A stretch of 64,000 bases of DNA from Neodothiora populina (lineage: Eukaryota). Below, piece by piece: positions 47,264-60,326 of the stretch. The stretch covers positions 558,001-622,000 of the forward strand of contig NW_027191410.1 of the NCBI RefSeq assembly GCF_041146345.1, given 5' to 3'. Every line of letters starts with the position of its first letter. Position 1 is the stretch's first letter. Both the position numbers and the translations under genes were made by a program. The notes under the pieces were generated by a model that was not told the origin of the DNA, did no database searches, and saw nothing but the letters and a program-made list of their open reading frames with translations.

Positions 47264-49814
47264 ATGAAAGCAGCCCCTCTTCTCGTGGCGTGGCACAACG
47301 ACAACACACCCATATACTCTGCGGATTTTGAGAATCATGGAAAGGGACGTCTTGCCACTGCAGGTGGTGACAACAATGTCCGAGTATGTGCTTGTCACTT
47401 GTCACTATGCTTCTGGTGGACTTTTTAATCGGATTCGGCTAACACTTTACCAAAATCATAGTTATGGAAGATAGAAGGCACGGGGGAGGACAGGAGCGTC
47501 AGCTACCTCTCAACTCTTGTCAAACACACCCAAGCCGTCAACGTTGTCCGATGGTGTCCTCGAGGTACTTGATACTGCTGCTCTTGCTTTTGCTGTTTCG
47601 CGAGATCATCATGCTTACACACTTCTCCAGGGGAACTACTCGCCTCTGCTGGAGACGATGGAACGATAATCCTCTGGGTGCCCTCAGACAACCCCAGCTT
47701 ACATGCCAACTTTGGCGAGGAAGGACTGGAGGACAAGGAGACATGGAGAAGCAAGACAATGTGTCGCTCGTCTGGTTCGGAGATTTATGATCTGGCATGG
47801 TCGCCGGATGGCATGTTCTTCATCACCGGCAGCATGGATAACATCACACGGATATACAATGCACATACAGGTATGATTGGAGAAGTGTACAGCCATGTGA
47901 AAGTCCAGGACCTGGAGAGCTTACATTTCATCTTGTTTCTGCAGGAGCACTCGCAAGACAAGTGGCAGACCACAACCACTATGTGCAAGGAGTCGCATGG
48001 GATCCGCTGAACGAATACATCGCCACGCAATCCTCGGATCGTTCTGTACACGTCTACACACTGAAGACCAAGGACGGCACTCCACTGCTCACAAAACACA
48101 ACAGCGTCTCCAAGATGGAAATGCCCGTCCGTCGAGTCTCCCACAACAGTCCTGCTCCGCCTGACTTCCGCGGTCGAGCATCCTTCGTCGGTGATGTGCC
48201 TGCCCACGCTCACGCCATCGGCTCTCCTGCTACTTCTGCTCCAGGCACACCGCAATCCCTGGCTCTTCCCATGAATCCGCCAGCGACCACACACAGCCGA
48301 CGATCTTCCTTTGGCTCTGTCTCGGCACAGTCTATGCGCCGATCGGTGTCGCCGAGTCCGTCGATGCCCTTACCCGCCGTCATGCCGGCTGCTTCGCCCA
48401 GTGTCGGTACAGGAGGTGGCATACACAATGGAACCAAGACCACCGCTTTATACGCAAATGAGACATTCACTTCGTTCTTCCGCCGTCTGACCTTTTCTCC
48501 GGACGGCAGCCTGCTTTTCACACCTGCCGGCCAGCACAAAGAGCAACACCACCCTACAACTGAGCCCTCGCGCACCGATGACACAGCGAACATGACATAC
48601 ATATATACCCGAGCTGGTCTCAACAAGCCTCCAGTTGCCAAGTTGCCCGGACACAAGAAGCCATCGCTGGCAATCAAGTGCTCACCCGTTTACTACACTC
48701 TTCGCAATTATGCTGCCCCGACCAAGGAGATCACCATTGACACTCATAACGAAGATGACATTCCGGCCCTGCCCGAACCAGCCATGGCAGCCAAGCCCAC
48801 ACCTTCTCACTCATCCATGGATCCTCCGCCAATTGCTCCCTCACCGGCTGCCAGTGGTGCTGCTGCCCCGTCGCCACGATCTGCAGCGGACGCAGACGGA
48901 TCTGGAACACCCGGTCCATCCACAGGCCCGCTCCCCGTTTTCGATCTCCCGTATCGACTGGTTTATGCTGTTGCAACTCAGGACGCTATCCATGTCTATG
49001 ACACTCAACAAGCCAAGCCCCTCTGTGTCGTCAGTAATCTACACTATGCTACTTTTACTGACTTGACATGGTGAGTTCTTCCACTTTTCCCCACATCATA
49101 AGATAAGAAACGCTGATTCCATTCAGGTCCAACGACGGACTGACATTGCTCATCACGTCCTCCGACGGCTTCTGCTCGTGCTTGACCTTTGTGCCTGGCG
49201 AGTTGGGTGCAGTGTATCATCACCCCCCTCAGCCCAAGAACCTATCGAGTGTCACAAATATAGCCGGGTCGCCAGTGGCATCGACCCCTGCTCAGACGCC
49301 GAACTACAGTGCTCTTCCTCCGTTAGCTCGGCAACCCTCATCGCAAGGCGCAAACCCTTCGCCCTCGCCTTTCACTATGGCACAGCCCGCAAGTCCTGCT
49401 CGCTCAATGTCAAATGCATCCCTCTTCACACAGAATTCAGGCGCTCCGGCTTTTGGAGACTGTGATGTATCCCAAAATGATACCCCTCACATGAGCGCTA
49501 TGCCCGGTCTCACAGCAACCAATTCCGGCACACCAACTGTTGGAGGTGTGCCTCTATACACTCCACCGCAAACCCCAGGCTATACTGCAGCTATTCCCGT
49601 AGCGACCAACACTCAGACAGTCTTGCCGCCACCTGTTTCCTCTACCATTGAGAAGCGAGAGGGCGATGCAGCGGAGTCCAATGGACGGGAAAAGAGGCGA
49701 AGAATAGCGCCGACCCTCGTAAGTGATGCGAATGGCGCAGTTCCAGCGGCCCCGGCAGCAGCACCTCAACCACCGACCAGCCAGGTGGAGGAGGGACCCA
49801 AAGAGACGAAATGA
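47264..49814 (+). CDS. CAC2: Chromatin assembly factor 1 subunit B / p60 (introns 47384-47461, 47565-47630, 47871-47944, 49071-49126)
   Basis: MKAAPLLVAWH, RLATAGGDNNVRLW, KHTQAVNVVRW, IYDLAWSPDG, HNHYVQGVAWDPLNEYIATQSSDR, SFFRRLTFSPDGSLL, NLHYATFTDLTWS and a B-domain-like KRRRIAPTLV. Confidence 0.94.
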
Positions 49815-51106
49815 CAAGGCGTGGAGGTGCATCTGCGAAGCTGACAATTGGTCCAACTTTTTCTCTTCGACTAACGTATTCGGCATGACGGTTCATGATT
49901 TTATTGAATTCTATCTAAAAATGGCGTTATCATAGTGGGCATCACATGGACTGACCTCGCTGTCTCTTCACGAGCCAGACCGGATGAAGTATGACGGTTC
50001 TGAGAGCGAGCGAGAAGAGAAGAGGCTTTGGTCATGTGAAGCTGGAGGTCATATTCCCATTTTTTTCTGGTTTCGTTCAGATTCCTTTTCATGCGATGGC
50101 GTTCTGGTCAACGTCTGTCGCGTGTATTCTAGTAGCATGTGTAGCAATATTCACCCAAGTCTTAATAGCGAATCAATAGTATTTTCCATCACCATCTTCA
50201 TCTTCGTAAGGTCCTTGTTACGAAGCTATTAAGCAGATTGACCCACTATGTATATAGTACACTCGTATTACTTGTTACTCATTACTGCGGAACAAGCACG
50301 TTGCAACTCCATATAAGAATTTCGACTTGATTGATATTATTACTCCGGTTTCCGAATAGGAAGGAAGGCTCACCTCGACTCCGGTCTGTCGGGCCGCGTG
50401 ATAATACTTGTACATCTACCACTGCATTTAATTTATAAGTACTCACAGTACCGGGAATCACTCTACCTAATCCTCAGCGTTCGCTGGGACCGAGTAAATT
50501 TGTTGCGAATTCCCCTTTGTTTCCTTTGTCATCCGAAGGAGGAGTCTATGTGAAGCAGATATGATGACCGAGTATCTATCAAGACCATGAGATCTGCCGC
50601 TCGTAAGTCCCGGGGTTAGGTATGCTTTATACTGAGAATACTGGACGAGGGTTGAAATATAAGTATGTCATCGACAACGCGGGCAGCTCTTAGCATCCAG
50701 ACTAGGACACCCAGAAAGCTTGAGTAATTACTGACAATGATGATGACGATATGGTTCCAACCCGAGATCTACGCGTTCTTAAGATCGTCTAAACTACTAC
50801 AGGCAGGAGGAAAGTCAACAGACACTGACCCGACGGCGGCATCTGCTGGCCGCAGGAGCGCAGGCGAGATATCTACAGCTTATGAGAATGCATCTCCGGA
50901 CGCTGCATAGAGCATCTCGCGGCTCTCTGGGCAGGCACGTCACGGCTATGCGGCGTCTACCTTACTCACCACCAATATCCGCGTACATTGATATCGACGT
51001 AGCGAAAAGCTGGTTCTCTTTGGGTTTCATGTCGTCTGTTCAGAGAAGGTGAGTAAGATATCATGCGGCTTAGAGCCAGCCAGCAGATTGATCGGATGCG
51101 GGGATG

Positions 51107-51134
51107 ATGATATGATATGATATGATATGATATG
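51107..51134. repeat. (ATGAT)5.6 microsatellite upstream of the amidase
   Basis: Directly visible pentanucleotide run. Confidence 0.85.
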
Positions 51135-51705
51135 CGGGCAGGCATTATTCGTGCCTTATCAGACCACCACTCTCCCTCTCTGCTTTACCTTTCGTTGTGT
51201 CTTTAGGTAAGATATCTCTGCGATGCGACTCGCCTTGGGATCTCTCTGGTCGACCTTTACTTCTTTCTGTGCTGTTGTATCGATCGCCGCCCCGTCGAGA
51301 TTGATAGGCTTCCCGTCCGATCGCTTGGGATTGTAGATGCATACTGTACATGGTTTGTGGACCGGGGGGAAAGTAGCTTGATCATCGTCTCTTGCCTGTC
51401 TGGGTGGTCTTGGATGTAGGTTTATATAAGGTAGGTTGGTCTGTCTCGCGCTCCTGTGTAGTCTTTATTTTACACCAAGTTGACTTTACTTGACTTGACC
51501 TTTCGAAGACTACGCACAAGGAGGGTCTGCTTTGCTGTGAAGGTTGTCTATTCAGTCGTTGTCTCGAGTGTTTTATGCTTCACTCGACTTTCTCTGTTGT
51601 TCCGTTGTCGAACCCATCTATCATCATTGATCGATACCTCTTCTCTTTGACATACAACATCTGATCTACATTTGCACCCATCAATTGTCCTGGGTTTGCG
51701 GAACC

Positions 51706-53597
51706 ATGCATATCTATAGGTTGGTCACCAATGCCTGTGCCCTTGTGGGTGCAGCTATCGCCGTGACTGCTTCATCGTGTACCGACACTTCCAGTAAGCC
51801 TTCTCTCCTATCTCTTCTGCCAGCCCAGCACTCGTGGCAAATGATCTCCTGAAAACACTCACATCTCATTCCTTGTCGAAGTCACGTATCTGATCATTCA
51901 CCACAAACAGTCAAAGGACAGCACTTCCCTTCCATGATAGATGTGACAACCGAAGACCTCGTCCGCGGTCTCGAGTCCCACCTCTTCACGAGTGTCGATC
52001 TAGTGAAAGCCTACACAGCACGCATAAACGAAGTGAAGAGCACCCTGCACATGGTGACGGAAGTGAACCCGGACGCGCTGGCCATCGCCGCCGAGCTAGA
52101 CGCCATGAGAGCAAACGGGACGGTCCTGGGCCCCTTGCACGGCATCCCGATACTGATCAAGAACAACATCGCGACCGCAGACAAAATGAACAACACGGCT
52201 GGATCCTTCTCCCTGCTCGGTGCTAAAGTGCCTCGAGATTCGACTCTGGCGGCCAAGTTGCGGAAAGCGGGTGTCGTCATTCTGGGCAAGACGAACTTGT
52301 CACAGTGGGCGAATTATAGATCGAATAATTCTACGAATGGCTGGTCGGCTTACGGCGGGCAGACTGAAGCGGCGTACTACCCGCATCAAGATCCTTCAGG
52401 AAGCTCGAGTGGAAGTGGTGTTTCTTCTTCCATTGGATTGGCGCTGGCGAGTCTGGGCAGCGAGGTATGTCACTTGTTTGCGGAGTTGTTGCTGTCTTTT
52501 GCAAGATGTGATGCGCGAAGGAAGGGCGATCGTGCAAGGCCTGCATGCTTTGATATTTGTTTAATCGCTAACGTGCCATTTAGACATCCGGTTCTATTCT
52601 GTCTCCTTCCGATGTCAATAATCTCGTAGGCATCAAGCCCACGGTCGGTCTGACATCGAGGTACCTTGTGATTCCGATCTCGGAGCACCAAGACACAGTC
52701 GGCCCCATGGCACGTACGGTCAAGGATGCCGCATACTTACTTCAAGCCATTGCTGGCCAGGACAGCAACGACAACTACACCTCGGCGATTCCGAACAATG
52801 GTTCGATTCCAGACTATGTAGCTGCATGTAACTACTCTGCGCTGAGCGGCGCCCGCATCGGTGTTGCTTGGAACGTCCTTGACCTCTGGGCCGCTGATAC
52901 AGATGCACCAGTAGTATCGGCGTTCTACGATGCCATTGCCACCATCAAAGCGGCCGGCGCGACAATTGTGTCTGCAAACTTCACAGGATTTGCAGCCTAT
53001 ACCAAGGATAATAACGAAACGCTAGTGCTGAATGCCGACTTTTTGACCAATCTCGCCACCTACCTTTCAGAGCTGTCGTACAACCCTTACAACATCACCA
53101 ATCTCGCACAGGAGCGGGCGTTCACGCACGCGTTTGCCCAGGAAGACTGGCCAGACCGAGACACGGCTGTGTGGGATGATGCACTGGATGACCAGAAATG
53201 GGACAATACGTCTCCTCTCTTCTGGCCCGCCTATCAAGCAAACCTGTACTACGGCGGCGAGGGCGGCATCCTAGGCGCGCTGACGAGGAACAACGTCTCG
53301 GCAGTCTTGCTTCCCACTCAGCTGTCACCTTCCATCCCAGCTTTGGTGGGTAGTCCAGTCGTCACGGTGCCCATGGGATTCTATCCAGCGAACTGGACCG
53401 TCACGTATAACCGCCGGAAGACACTTGTCGAGACTGCACCGAACGTGCCTTTCGGGTTGAGCTTTATGGGCGGCAAGTTCGACGAGGCGACACTGATCGG
53501 TTACGCGTATGCTTACGAGCAGAGGACGATGCACAGGAACGATGTGCAGCCGTACATTGTGCCGAACATTGAGCTTGCGGATGTTGTTGGGGCTTGA
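51706..53597 (+). CDS. Secreted amidase-signature family enzyme (exons 51706-51793, 51911-52464, 52584-53597)
   Basis: Signal peptide; GPLHGIPILIKNNI (catalytic Lys), GKTNLSQW, PSGSSSGS, GSETSGSILSP, VGIKPTVGLTSR, QDTVGPMARTV. Confidence 0.92.
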
Positions 53598-54576
53598 ATC
53601 GTACGGCGTGCGGAAGATACATGTGCGCCGCGGTGGAGTGCTACGTTGATATTCGGCAAGGCTTCAGAAACATGTAGAGGCAGTCATACGGCGTAGAGGA
53701 ACATGCGAAACGAGGACGATCCAGAAATATATCCTTCCCATGCAGTACGATGATATGTCTTATGCAGCAGACCCACAAGCATGATTCGTTAGTCCAACTC
53801 CCGATTGGTTCAAGTGCAGTACTGTATAATTTCCACCTTCACGACAATCGGGCTTGGCGCACGCTGATGGTTGGTAGTGATGTGCAACCAGCCTATCTGC
53901 AATAGGTAGGTATAACAAGGATTGTTGGCCGAACGGACACAAGCTCCGCAGCTCAAACGAGCCAGCGCAGTGCTCTCTGATATGTCAACCTTGGCCTACT
54001 GTACCAACAGAAGTCTGGTGGTTGGCTGGCTGGCTGGCTGGTGCAGCTACCCCCCCTACCCATTGTCTCCAATGCTAAAAAGAGCTGGAAATGGCTGGGG
54101 CATGTGAAAAAGGGAGGCAACAGAGAATAGCTCTCGTCGGGCAAGAGCCCTCGAATGGAGAAGGCTGCGACACCCACGCATGTTGACGTATAGATTACAT
54201 GTGTCTGAGCTTTGGAGGACGAACCGAATCCCCTCCTAGCGCTGGACGGATTGGAGGCACGTGCGAAATGAGATGTTGCCAGGCCAGTGACACGCTATCT
54301 GTTGGATTGAGCAATGAAGAAAAAGTTGTAAGACGCCACTTGTGTGGATTGTGTGGAATGGGTATGTGTTACAGATATATGGACTCAAGGTCGAGATGCA
54401 TTGGATTGTAGAGTAACTCTGTGCCATGAGGCAACACGTGATTGTACTGTAAGGTAGGTAGACCATCAACGTCGTGAGGTACAGTAGAAATATGACGGCG
54501 ATAGGTGACACAAAATAGTCGAATAGAGTTACGGCTTTTCAGGGTTTTCTGCCAGCCACCGGTTTTGCGTTTCCCC

Positions 54577-54622
54577 CGCGATGAAACGCGAACGAACGTG
54601 CGTCATTATCCTTCGACGCGCC
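54577..54622. promoter_or_regulatory. MCB-like element cluster upstream of the large coiled-coil gene
   Basis: CGCGA (54577), ACGCGAA (54586), ACGCGC (54616). Confidence 0.35.
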
Positions 54623-54858
54623 TTCCAAACTGGCAACTGCCCTTTTTCCTGGTTTTTGGCTCAGCTCAGTTGCTGCTACCTTCCACCTTACTCTGACTCT
54701 GGTGTCTTTTGCATTACATTATTGTCTTAGCTTTACACAGTTTCAGTCTATTCTCTCACAGTCACTTGGATATTGCAGAGAATCATCATCCTGCTATTCC
54801 GGCGTGATATTGTTTGTTGATCTCCCAGCCTTAGCATCCTTAGGACGAGCTTCCTATC

Positions 54859-57800
54859 ATGCGCACCAGAAAGACAGAACGCCAGGCGTCGGCAGAGCCC
54901 GCCAAGCGCACCTCGAGGAAGCGTAGAGCGAGCTCTGCCTCGGTCGTCGAGCAGAATGAACCAGGCAGCAGCAGCGGCCAGACGGCATCGATGCAGAACA
55001 AGAGAAGGAAGCGACAGAGTGGGTCACAGACCATCGAGGAGAGCATAGAAGAAATCTCCTCGTCGGCTCAAGCAGCACCAGCCTTGCTTGAAGACGCGGA
55101 GGAAGAAGAGGAGGTCGAGGAAGGCGCGTCTGACCCGAACGCGCTCCGTCAAGTCCATTTCTCCGAAAATGCCGCATCCGGTGGTAACGGATCCACTTCT
55201 GCCCATCTCACCCCTCACGTCAACAAGCACAAGAAGATCCACCGTCGCATCACTCTTTCTCCTGCCACCCTCGCGCGATCTCCCTCTCTCTCCCGCAGGT
55301 CGAAACCTCGCGCTTCTCTGCCACCAAACTTCAATCCTTCGCAGGATAGTCCGGTCAAGGTCCACGAGCTCCAATTCGCCCCTCTCAGCCAAGTCCTGCA
55401 TGAGCGCGTCAAGCGTCGTCTCCGCCGCAGTCACTTGAGCGAGGAGACCAACAGTATTCTGGAGGAGCACAGAGACGCGATCAAAGCCCACCATGAGCTC
55501 AAACAGCTGCGCGCCGAGATCAGAGCTCGCGACGACAAGTTGAAGCTGTTGGAGGAGGAGCTTGAGATGCAAAGGCAGCTAGGAATTGACGTCAGCGACG
55601 AGACCGCTGCTGACCAACAGAGAATGAAAGACCTGGAGCGCGAAATTGCTGCGTTGAAGAAGGTCAACGATGAGAAGAAGGTCGAGGAGGCTGCAATGCC
55701 CCAGGCTGACGGCGACGATGAAGATATGATGTTTGACGATGACGAAGACATGCTGGTCATCAACAGTCCCATACTGCGCGAGACCAGCGGGGAAGTCTCT
55801 TACCCCGATTTGTCCTCGTCTCAGCTGGTTCCTACCCCAAGCCGTACCACCGTTAGGTCAACTGCAGATGTTGCTCTCACTGACGCCCAGACCCAAATCG
55901 CTCTCCCTGATACAACCAGCCAGGCCGAGCGCGTGGCTTTTGAAGAAGCGATCAGATTCTGGACTAGAGAGGCCTCCGACGCAAAAGCTGCTCTTACCAT
56001 CCTCACCATTGAACTGCAGTCGCTGGGCTTTGGCGACGCAAGCATCAGCCCCGATGTCATTCTCGGATCGATACGGGACTCACTGGTGAATGTCCGCGAA
56101 CGCCTCGAGTCTGCGCTGCCAGGACAGGTCCCCGCAGATGTCTCCAACCGTGACCTGATCGAGCTGGTGGCTCAACACCTCGAATCACTTGCCGCTCAAG
56201 TCGCGGCCCAGGAGGCGGCTCTTGAAAATGCCGACAACCTACAAGAAGAGCTTGTCAACCAGATCGATGGTCTCGTCGATCGATTGAGTGAAGCGGAGAT
56301 TCGAAGAAACGAACTGGAGATCCGCTTCCGTGAGGCCGATCGTCAGACTCAAAAGGACGAAGTTTTCATCAGCGAGCTTGAGGACAAGCTCAAGGAGATC
56401 ACGGAGGACCACAAGATTGTTCAGGACATGCTCAATGCCAAAAATTCGGAACTGCAGAACCTGGGCATGTCGAACATCGAGCTTGATGCTACTGTTGATA
56501 AGCTTGGTGTCGCTCTCGAGGGTTACAGGGTTTCTGAGGAGAAACTACGGGCTTTGATCGAGCGCATGGAAAGCGAGCACCGCCACGCCCTGGCTGATCT
56601 CGAACGTGTCCACAAGGATGCTGTTGACACTCTCGAGGAGAAGCTTAACTCGGAATTGGACCAGCGTGAACTTGCTGAGAAAGACGCAAGCGAAAAGCAG
56701 ACTTCAATCGACAACCTTGAGCGCCGCGTCGCACAAGACGAGGCCGACATTGAGTCACTCAAGCAGCGTCTCGCGCAAGTGGAGGCAGAGAGATCTGGTG
56801 AACAGGCTGCCAAGGAGTCTGCCGAGAACGAAGTTGACGAGAAGACTGCCCTCATCGAAGATCTCGAGGTGAAGATTGAAAACGCCGAGAACAGCCTCGA
56901 AGAACTCCGTGGTGACCTTGACCGCCTTCGCGACCTTAATGAGGCCGAGAAGCGCCAGCGCGTGGCCGCCGAAGAGGAGCTTGATCTGCGCGAGACCAAG
57001 ATCGACGATCTTACGAACAAGCTACACGAACAAGGCATTCAAGCCAACCAGCTCCGTCAAAAGCTCTTCGAAATCCAGATGCGCGAGAAGGAATCTGTAC
57101 AGAACCTTGAACAAGATGCCGTCAAGCGTGAAGAACAATTCCAGGAGGACATGAGCAGAGAGATTGCTCGTCGCGAAGAAGCGGAAGCTACTGCAGCGTC
57201 TCGCAACGTCACTATCGCGGACATCGAAGAGGCTCTGCGACAGACCGAAGAGGCGATGACGAATACGTTGAGAGATCGTGATGATAAGATCACCGAGCTG
57301 GGCGCATTGGCCGACCGTCTAGAGACTGAACTTGAGAAAACCACCACCGAGCTTGAGAACACAATCACCGAGCTCGAAGCTCTACAGAGCAAGTATGCGT
57401 CTGACACTACTCAGCTTCAGGCAGATATCGCCCAACTCCAAGAGCAGGTTGCTGCGCAGACTGCGACTATCTCGAACCTCGAGTCGGAGGCTGTGAGCAC
57501 CGCTGAGACTCACTCCACCGCAATTGCTCAACGTGATTCTGCAATTGCTGATCTCAATCATGAAATCTACCAGGCCACCAATCGCATCAAGACCCTCGAA
57601 TCAGAGAAGGACAGCCTCGAACGCCGGGTTGAAGCCGAAGCCGAGTCTATGCTTGAGCTGCAATCTTCCAAGGACGATGAGATCGCCGCTCTCAAGGACA
57701 CTATCACGACCAAGCAGGCAGACATTGAGAACCTGAAGCATCGGGCCGAGGAAGTCGACAAAGCTTGGGACAAGCTTCTCGCTGAGCGTGACGAGGAGAT

Positions 57801-58191
57801 CGAAGAGCTCAGGGCCACTGGCGAGCACAGCAGCAAGTCTGTTGCCCGTCTCACCAAGCTCAACACACGCCTCAAGGAGAAGCTCCGCAGATTTGTACGC
57901 GATTCCACTGCTACTGCACAGGCCATGCACGAGGACCTCGATTCTGCTCTCGCCAGTGCTGCACAGAAGAGTAACGATCTCCGTGATGAGGGTCTACGTG
58001 TACTAGAGGAGGCCGAGGCTATGGACGAGGTCGGTGAACTGGTTGAACTCGAGACTGTCGCCGCTTCATCCAGCCGCGGGTCTGCGCCAAACAAGACTCT
58101 TCAGAAATTCAAGAAGATCGGTAGATCCAGGCGTCAATACGACTCGGGTATTGGCGTTGAAGAGGATGAGGAGAGCATGCTGATGGAGTAG
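54859..58191 (+). CDS. Uncharacterised 1110-aa coiled-coil protein with basic NLS-rich head
   Basis: Intronless ORF with strong coding-like codon use; KRRKR/RKRR; RQVHF; QFAPLSQVLHERVKRRLRRSHLSEE; several hundred residues of E/L/K/Q heptads; C-terminal RRQYDSGIG. Confidence 0.85.
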   Translation: MRTRKTERQASAEPAKRTSRKRRASSASVVEQNEPGSSSGQTASMQNKRRKRQSGSQTIEESIEEISSSAQAAPALLEDAEEEEEVEEGASDPNALRQVHFSENAASGGNGSTSAHLTPHVNKHKKIHRRITLSPATLARSPSLSRRSKPRASLPPNFNPSQDSPVKVHELQFAPLSQVLHERVKRRLRRSHLSEETNSILEEHRDAIKAHHELKQLRAEIRARDDKLKLLEEELEMQRQLGIDVSDETAADQQRMKDLEREIAALKKVNDEKKVEEAAMPQADGDDEDMMFDDDEDMLVINSPILRETSGEVSYPDLSSSQLVPTPSRTTVRSTADVALTDAQTQIALPDTTSQAERVAFEEAIRFWTREASDAKAALTILTIELQSLGFGDASISPDVILGSIRDSLVNVRERLESALPGQVPADVSNRDLIELVAQHLESLAAQVAAQEAALENADNLQEELVNQIDGLVDRLSEAEIRRNELEIRFREADRQTQKDEVFISELEDKLKEITEDHKIVQDMLNAKNSELQNLGMSNIELDATVDKLGVALEGYRVSEEKLRALIERMESEHRHALADLERVHKDAVDTLEEKLNSELDQRELAEKDASEKQTSIDNLERRVAQDEADIESLKQRLAQVEAERSGEQAAKESAENEVDEKTALIEDLEVKIENAENSLEELRGDLDRLRDLNEAEKRQRVAAEEELDLRETKIDDLTNKLHEQGIQANQLRQKLFEIQMREKESVQNLEQDAVKREEQFQEDMSREIARREEAEATAASRNVTIADIEEALRQTEEAMTNTLRDRDDKITELGALADRLETELEKTTTELENTITELEALQSKYASDTTQLQADIAQLQEQVAAQTATISNLESEAVSTAETHSTAIAQRDSAIADLNHEIYQATNRIKTLESEKDSLERRVEAEAESMLELQSSKDDEIAALKDTITTKQADIENLKHRAEEVDKAWDKLLAERDEEIEELRATGEHSSKSVARLTKLNTRLKEKLRRFVRDSTATAQAMHEDLDSALASAAQKSNDLRDEGLRVLEEAEAMDEVGELVELETVAASSSRGSAPNKTLQKFKKIGRSRRQYDSGIGVEEDEESMLME

Positions 58192-60326
58192 TCCTCCATC
58201 GACGATCGTCCTCTACCAACGACGGAGCCGAGGAGATTGGATTGGGAGTAAATGGCAAGCACGGCTTTGTCGAATGTCAGGTACAGAAGCGAGTGTACAG
58301 TATCATTAACCCGAAGATTGCTTGGATCTGAATCCCAACTTGTCCTGGGACTGAATTAAGAAGGATGGAAAAGAAAAATTGGGTATACCACAGCACGATA
58401 CTTTGGAAAGTTCATGTTGGTGATGACATAGAGCAAGCTTGATCTTGTTCTTCAGGATTATTTTTCTTGTGTATTGAGTTTTTGGATTTTTTGAACAGCG
58501 ATGGACATGCGAATGGTACCGTAGCATAGCGCAGCACACATAATGTTAGCATTAATGACCTTTTCTGATGTACATCCGTCCACTTCCTAATCATCTCTGT
58601 TGACGTTCTCAATATCCTGCTTGTTCCCATGCCGTGGTTCAAGATCTGGTACAGGTACACATCTCGCATTTGCATGTAGACTCCATGAACGCAGGTACTT
58701 GTTCATGTCCAAATCGAGAGATCTCGCTCAGCAATTGCGTATCTGTTCCTGCCATGGATCTACGCTAGCAGGGGGCGACCGGGAGGAACAGTCACAAGTG
58801 GGTGAAGTAATCCCGGCATGAACGAAATTGGAAATTGCCCGCGTATGCGACTACCTACCGCTACCTCCGGGCCTATGTATCTCGAAGTACATGACTCTGT
58901 TTGTGCGCCTGCAATTGCGAGGTGTCAAAGCCTTCCGTCGACACTCTGCTAAGATCAGCGCCAAAAGCCTCCTCCTACTCAAATTCACTTCACAGCCTTC
59001 TCGCATAACAAGCATGACGATGACGATGACTAGTAGGTAGGCAAGGTAGCCAGCAGACTTTCCAACGAAACAAGGGTGCCGTCATACCGTAGCGTGCGAT
59101 ACCGTTATAAACGTTACTCGCAATAAGGTAATGAGGCTCAACTCTTTTTTCTCCTTGTGCACCACGGAGGCTGCTGCGGGTAATAGGGTCATCATCATAC
59201 CTTACCTTGCCCAGGGCGATGGAGCGATCTCCGATCTTGCCACGATGTTGGCGTCGCTTGATGGGGAATAAGATGTGCTTATCCCCACTTGGATATTCCT
59301 GTTTAGGTCGACAAGATTACTTCCCGTAGCTGTGGTACTGGTACTGTACCTTAGATCCGCGCGAGGATGCGTACCTTAAACGTTTGGTAATCCGGTCGAG
59401 GGGTAAGGTCACCAACTAATTGGTTCATGCTCATTGGTTGTATAGATGCAGCGACCATGGTCAACCCACGACTTTTCAGAGTACGAGAGCCGCTGACGGT
59501 GTTTCGGAGCTCGTTTAGACTCTCGGTTTTAAAGCTACGCATCTTGCTCAGCTCGGATTTTTGACTTGTACGAAGATCGGTACAGCTGCAACTACAGTCC
59601 CTCCATTAACCTAACATGCAGAAGCATCTGGTTTGGTCCTGGGTAATGCATTCGTTGTGATTGGCGCTCGTTATGCAGAAAGGCACCGGAAAGATCGAAG
59701 CGACTCCGCGCGATCTGAAGACGCAAAATACACGTCCGCCGTCCATGCTTACCTTAGCTTAATCGACGTTGGTCAAGGAGCCTCATGGCAATCATTAGCG
59801 AGATCAAGTCAGTTTCTGATCAACAATGCAAACGCCGTGACACCCGAAACCATGGCGTCCTCATGCCTTGACTGAAGCTCCTGAGGGTCTTAACGATAAG
59901 TGGGTCCGACCCAAGATGTGACGCTCTCCTACAATACCATCAGTGACATTCTTGCTATCCCCTGTCGATGAAGCGCACAGGCCTCGCTGTATGGACCTCG
60001 AGGACGGCAACTCCATGATGATCCTTTGTACATCTTGCCTCACACAGTAAGTGCATCACAAACGACACGGCAATGTTTGAAGTTTTGGGAAGTATACCAG
60101 AAGATCGCCATTCCCATCGCTCGACATTGTGCTGTCATCCGGCTCCAACATGCAAAGATGATCGAGCCTTGTCCCAAACAATTCAACTTGCGGATGGTAC
60201 GTGAACGTAGCACTGAGAAGAATGGCCAAAGTGTGGGTATATAAATATATCCTCAAGATCGTTTGACAGAACATGCTCTGATACATCACTACCCTTCTGA
60301 CAAAAAACATCTTATCATATTTCACT

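Noticed and set aside
50612..50620. GGGTTAGG as a possible telomerase RNA template or telomeric seed
   Set aside because: Only 8 nt; does not match the UAACCCUAA template typical of Pezizomycotina TER and is expected by chance.
50737..50828. Possible C/D snoRNA (ATGATGA ... CTGA, about 92 nt)
   Set aside because: No terminal stem and no rRNA-complementary guide that I can recognise; the C box sits in an ATG repeat.
59261..59288. Imperfect inverted repeat TGGGGAATAAG...CTTATCCCCA
   Set aside because: Short, single and with a bulge; may hold a GATA site but has no further support.
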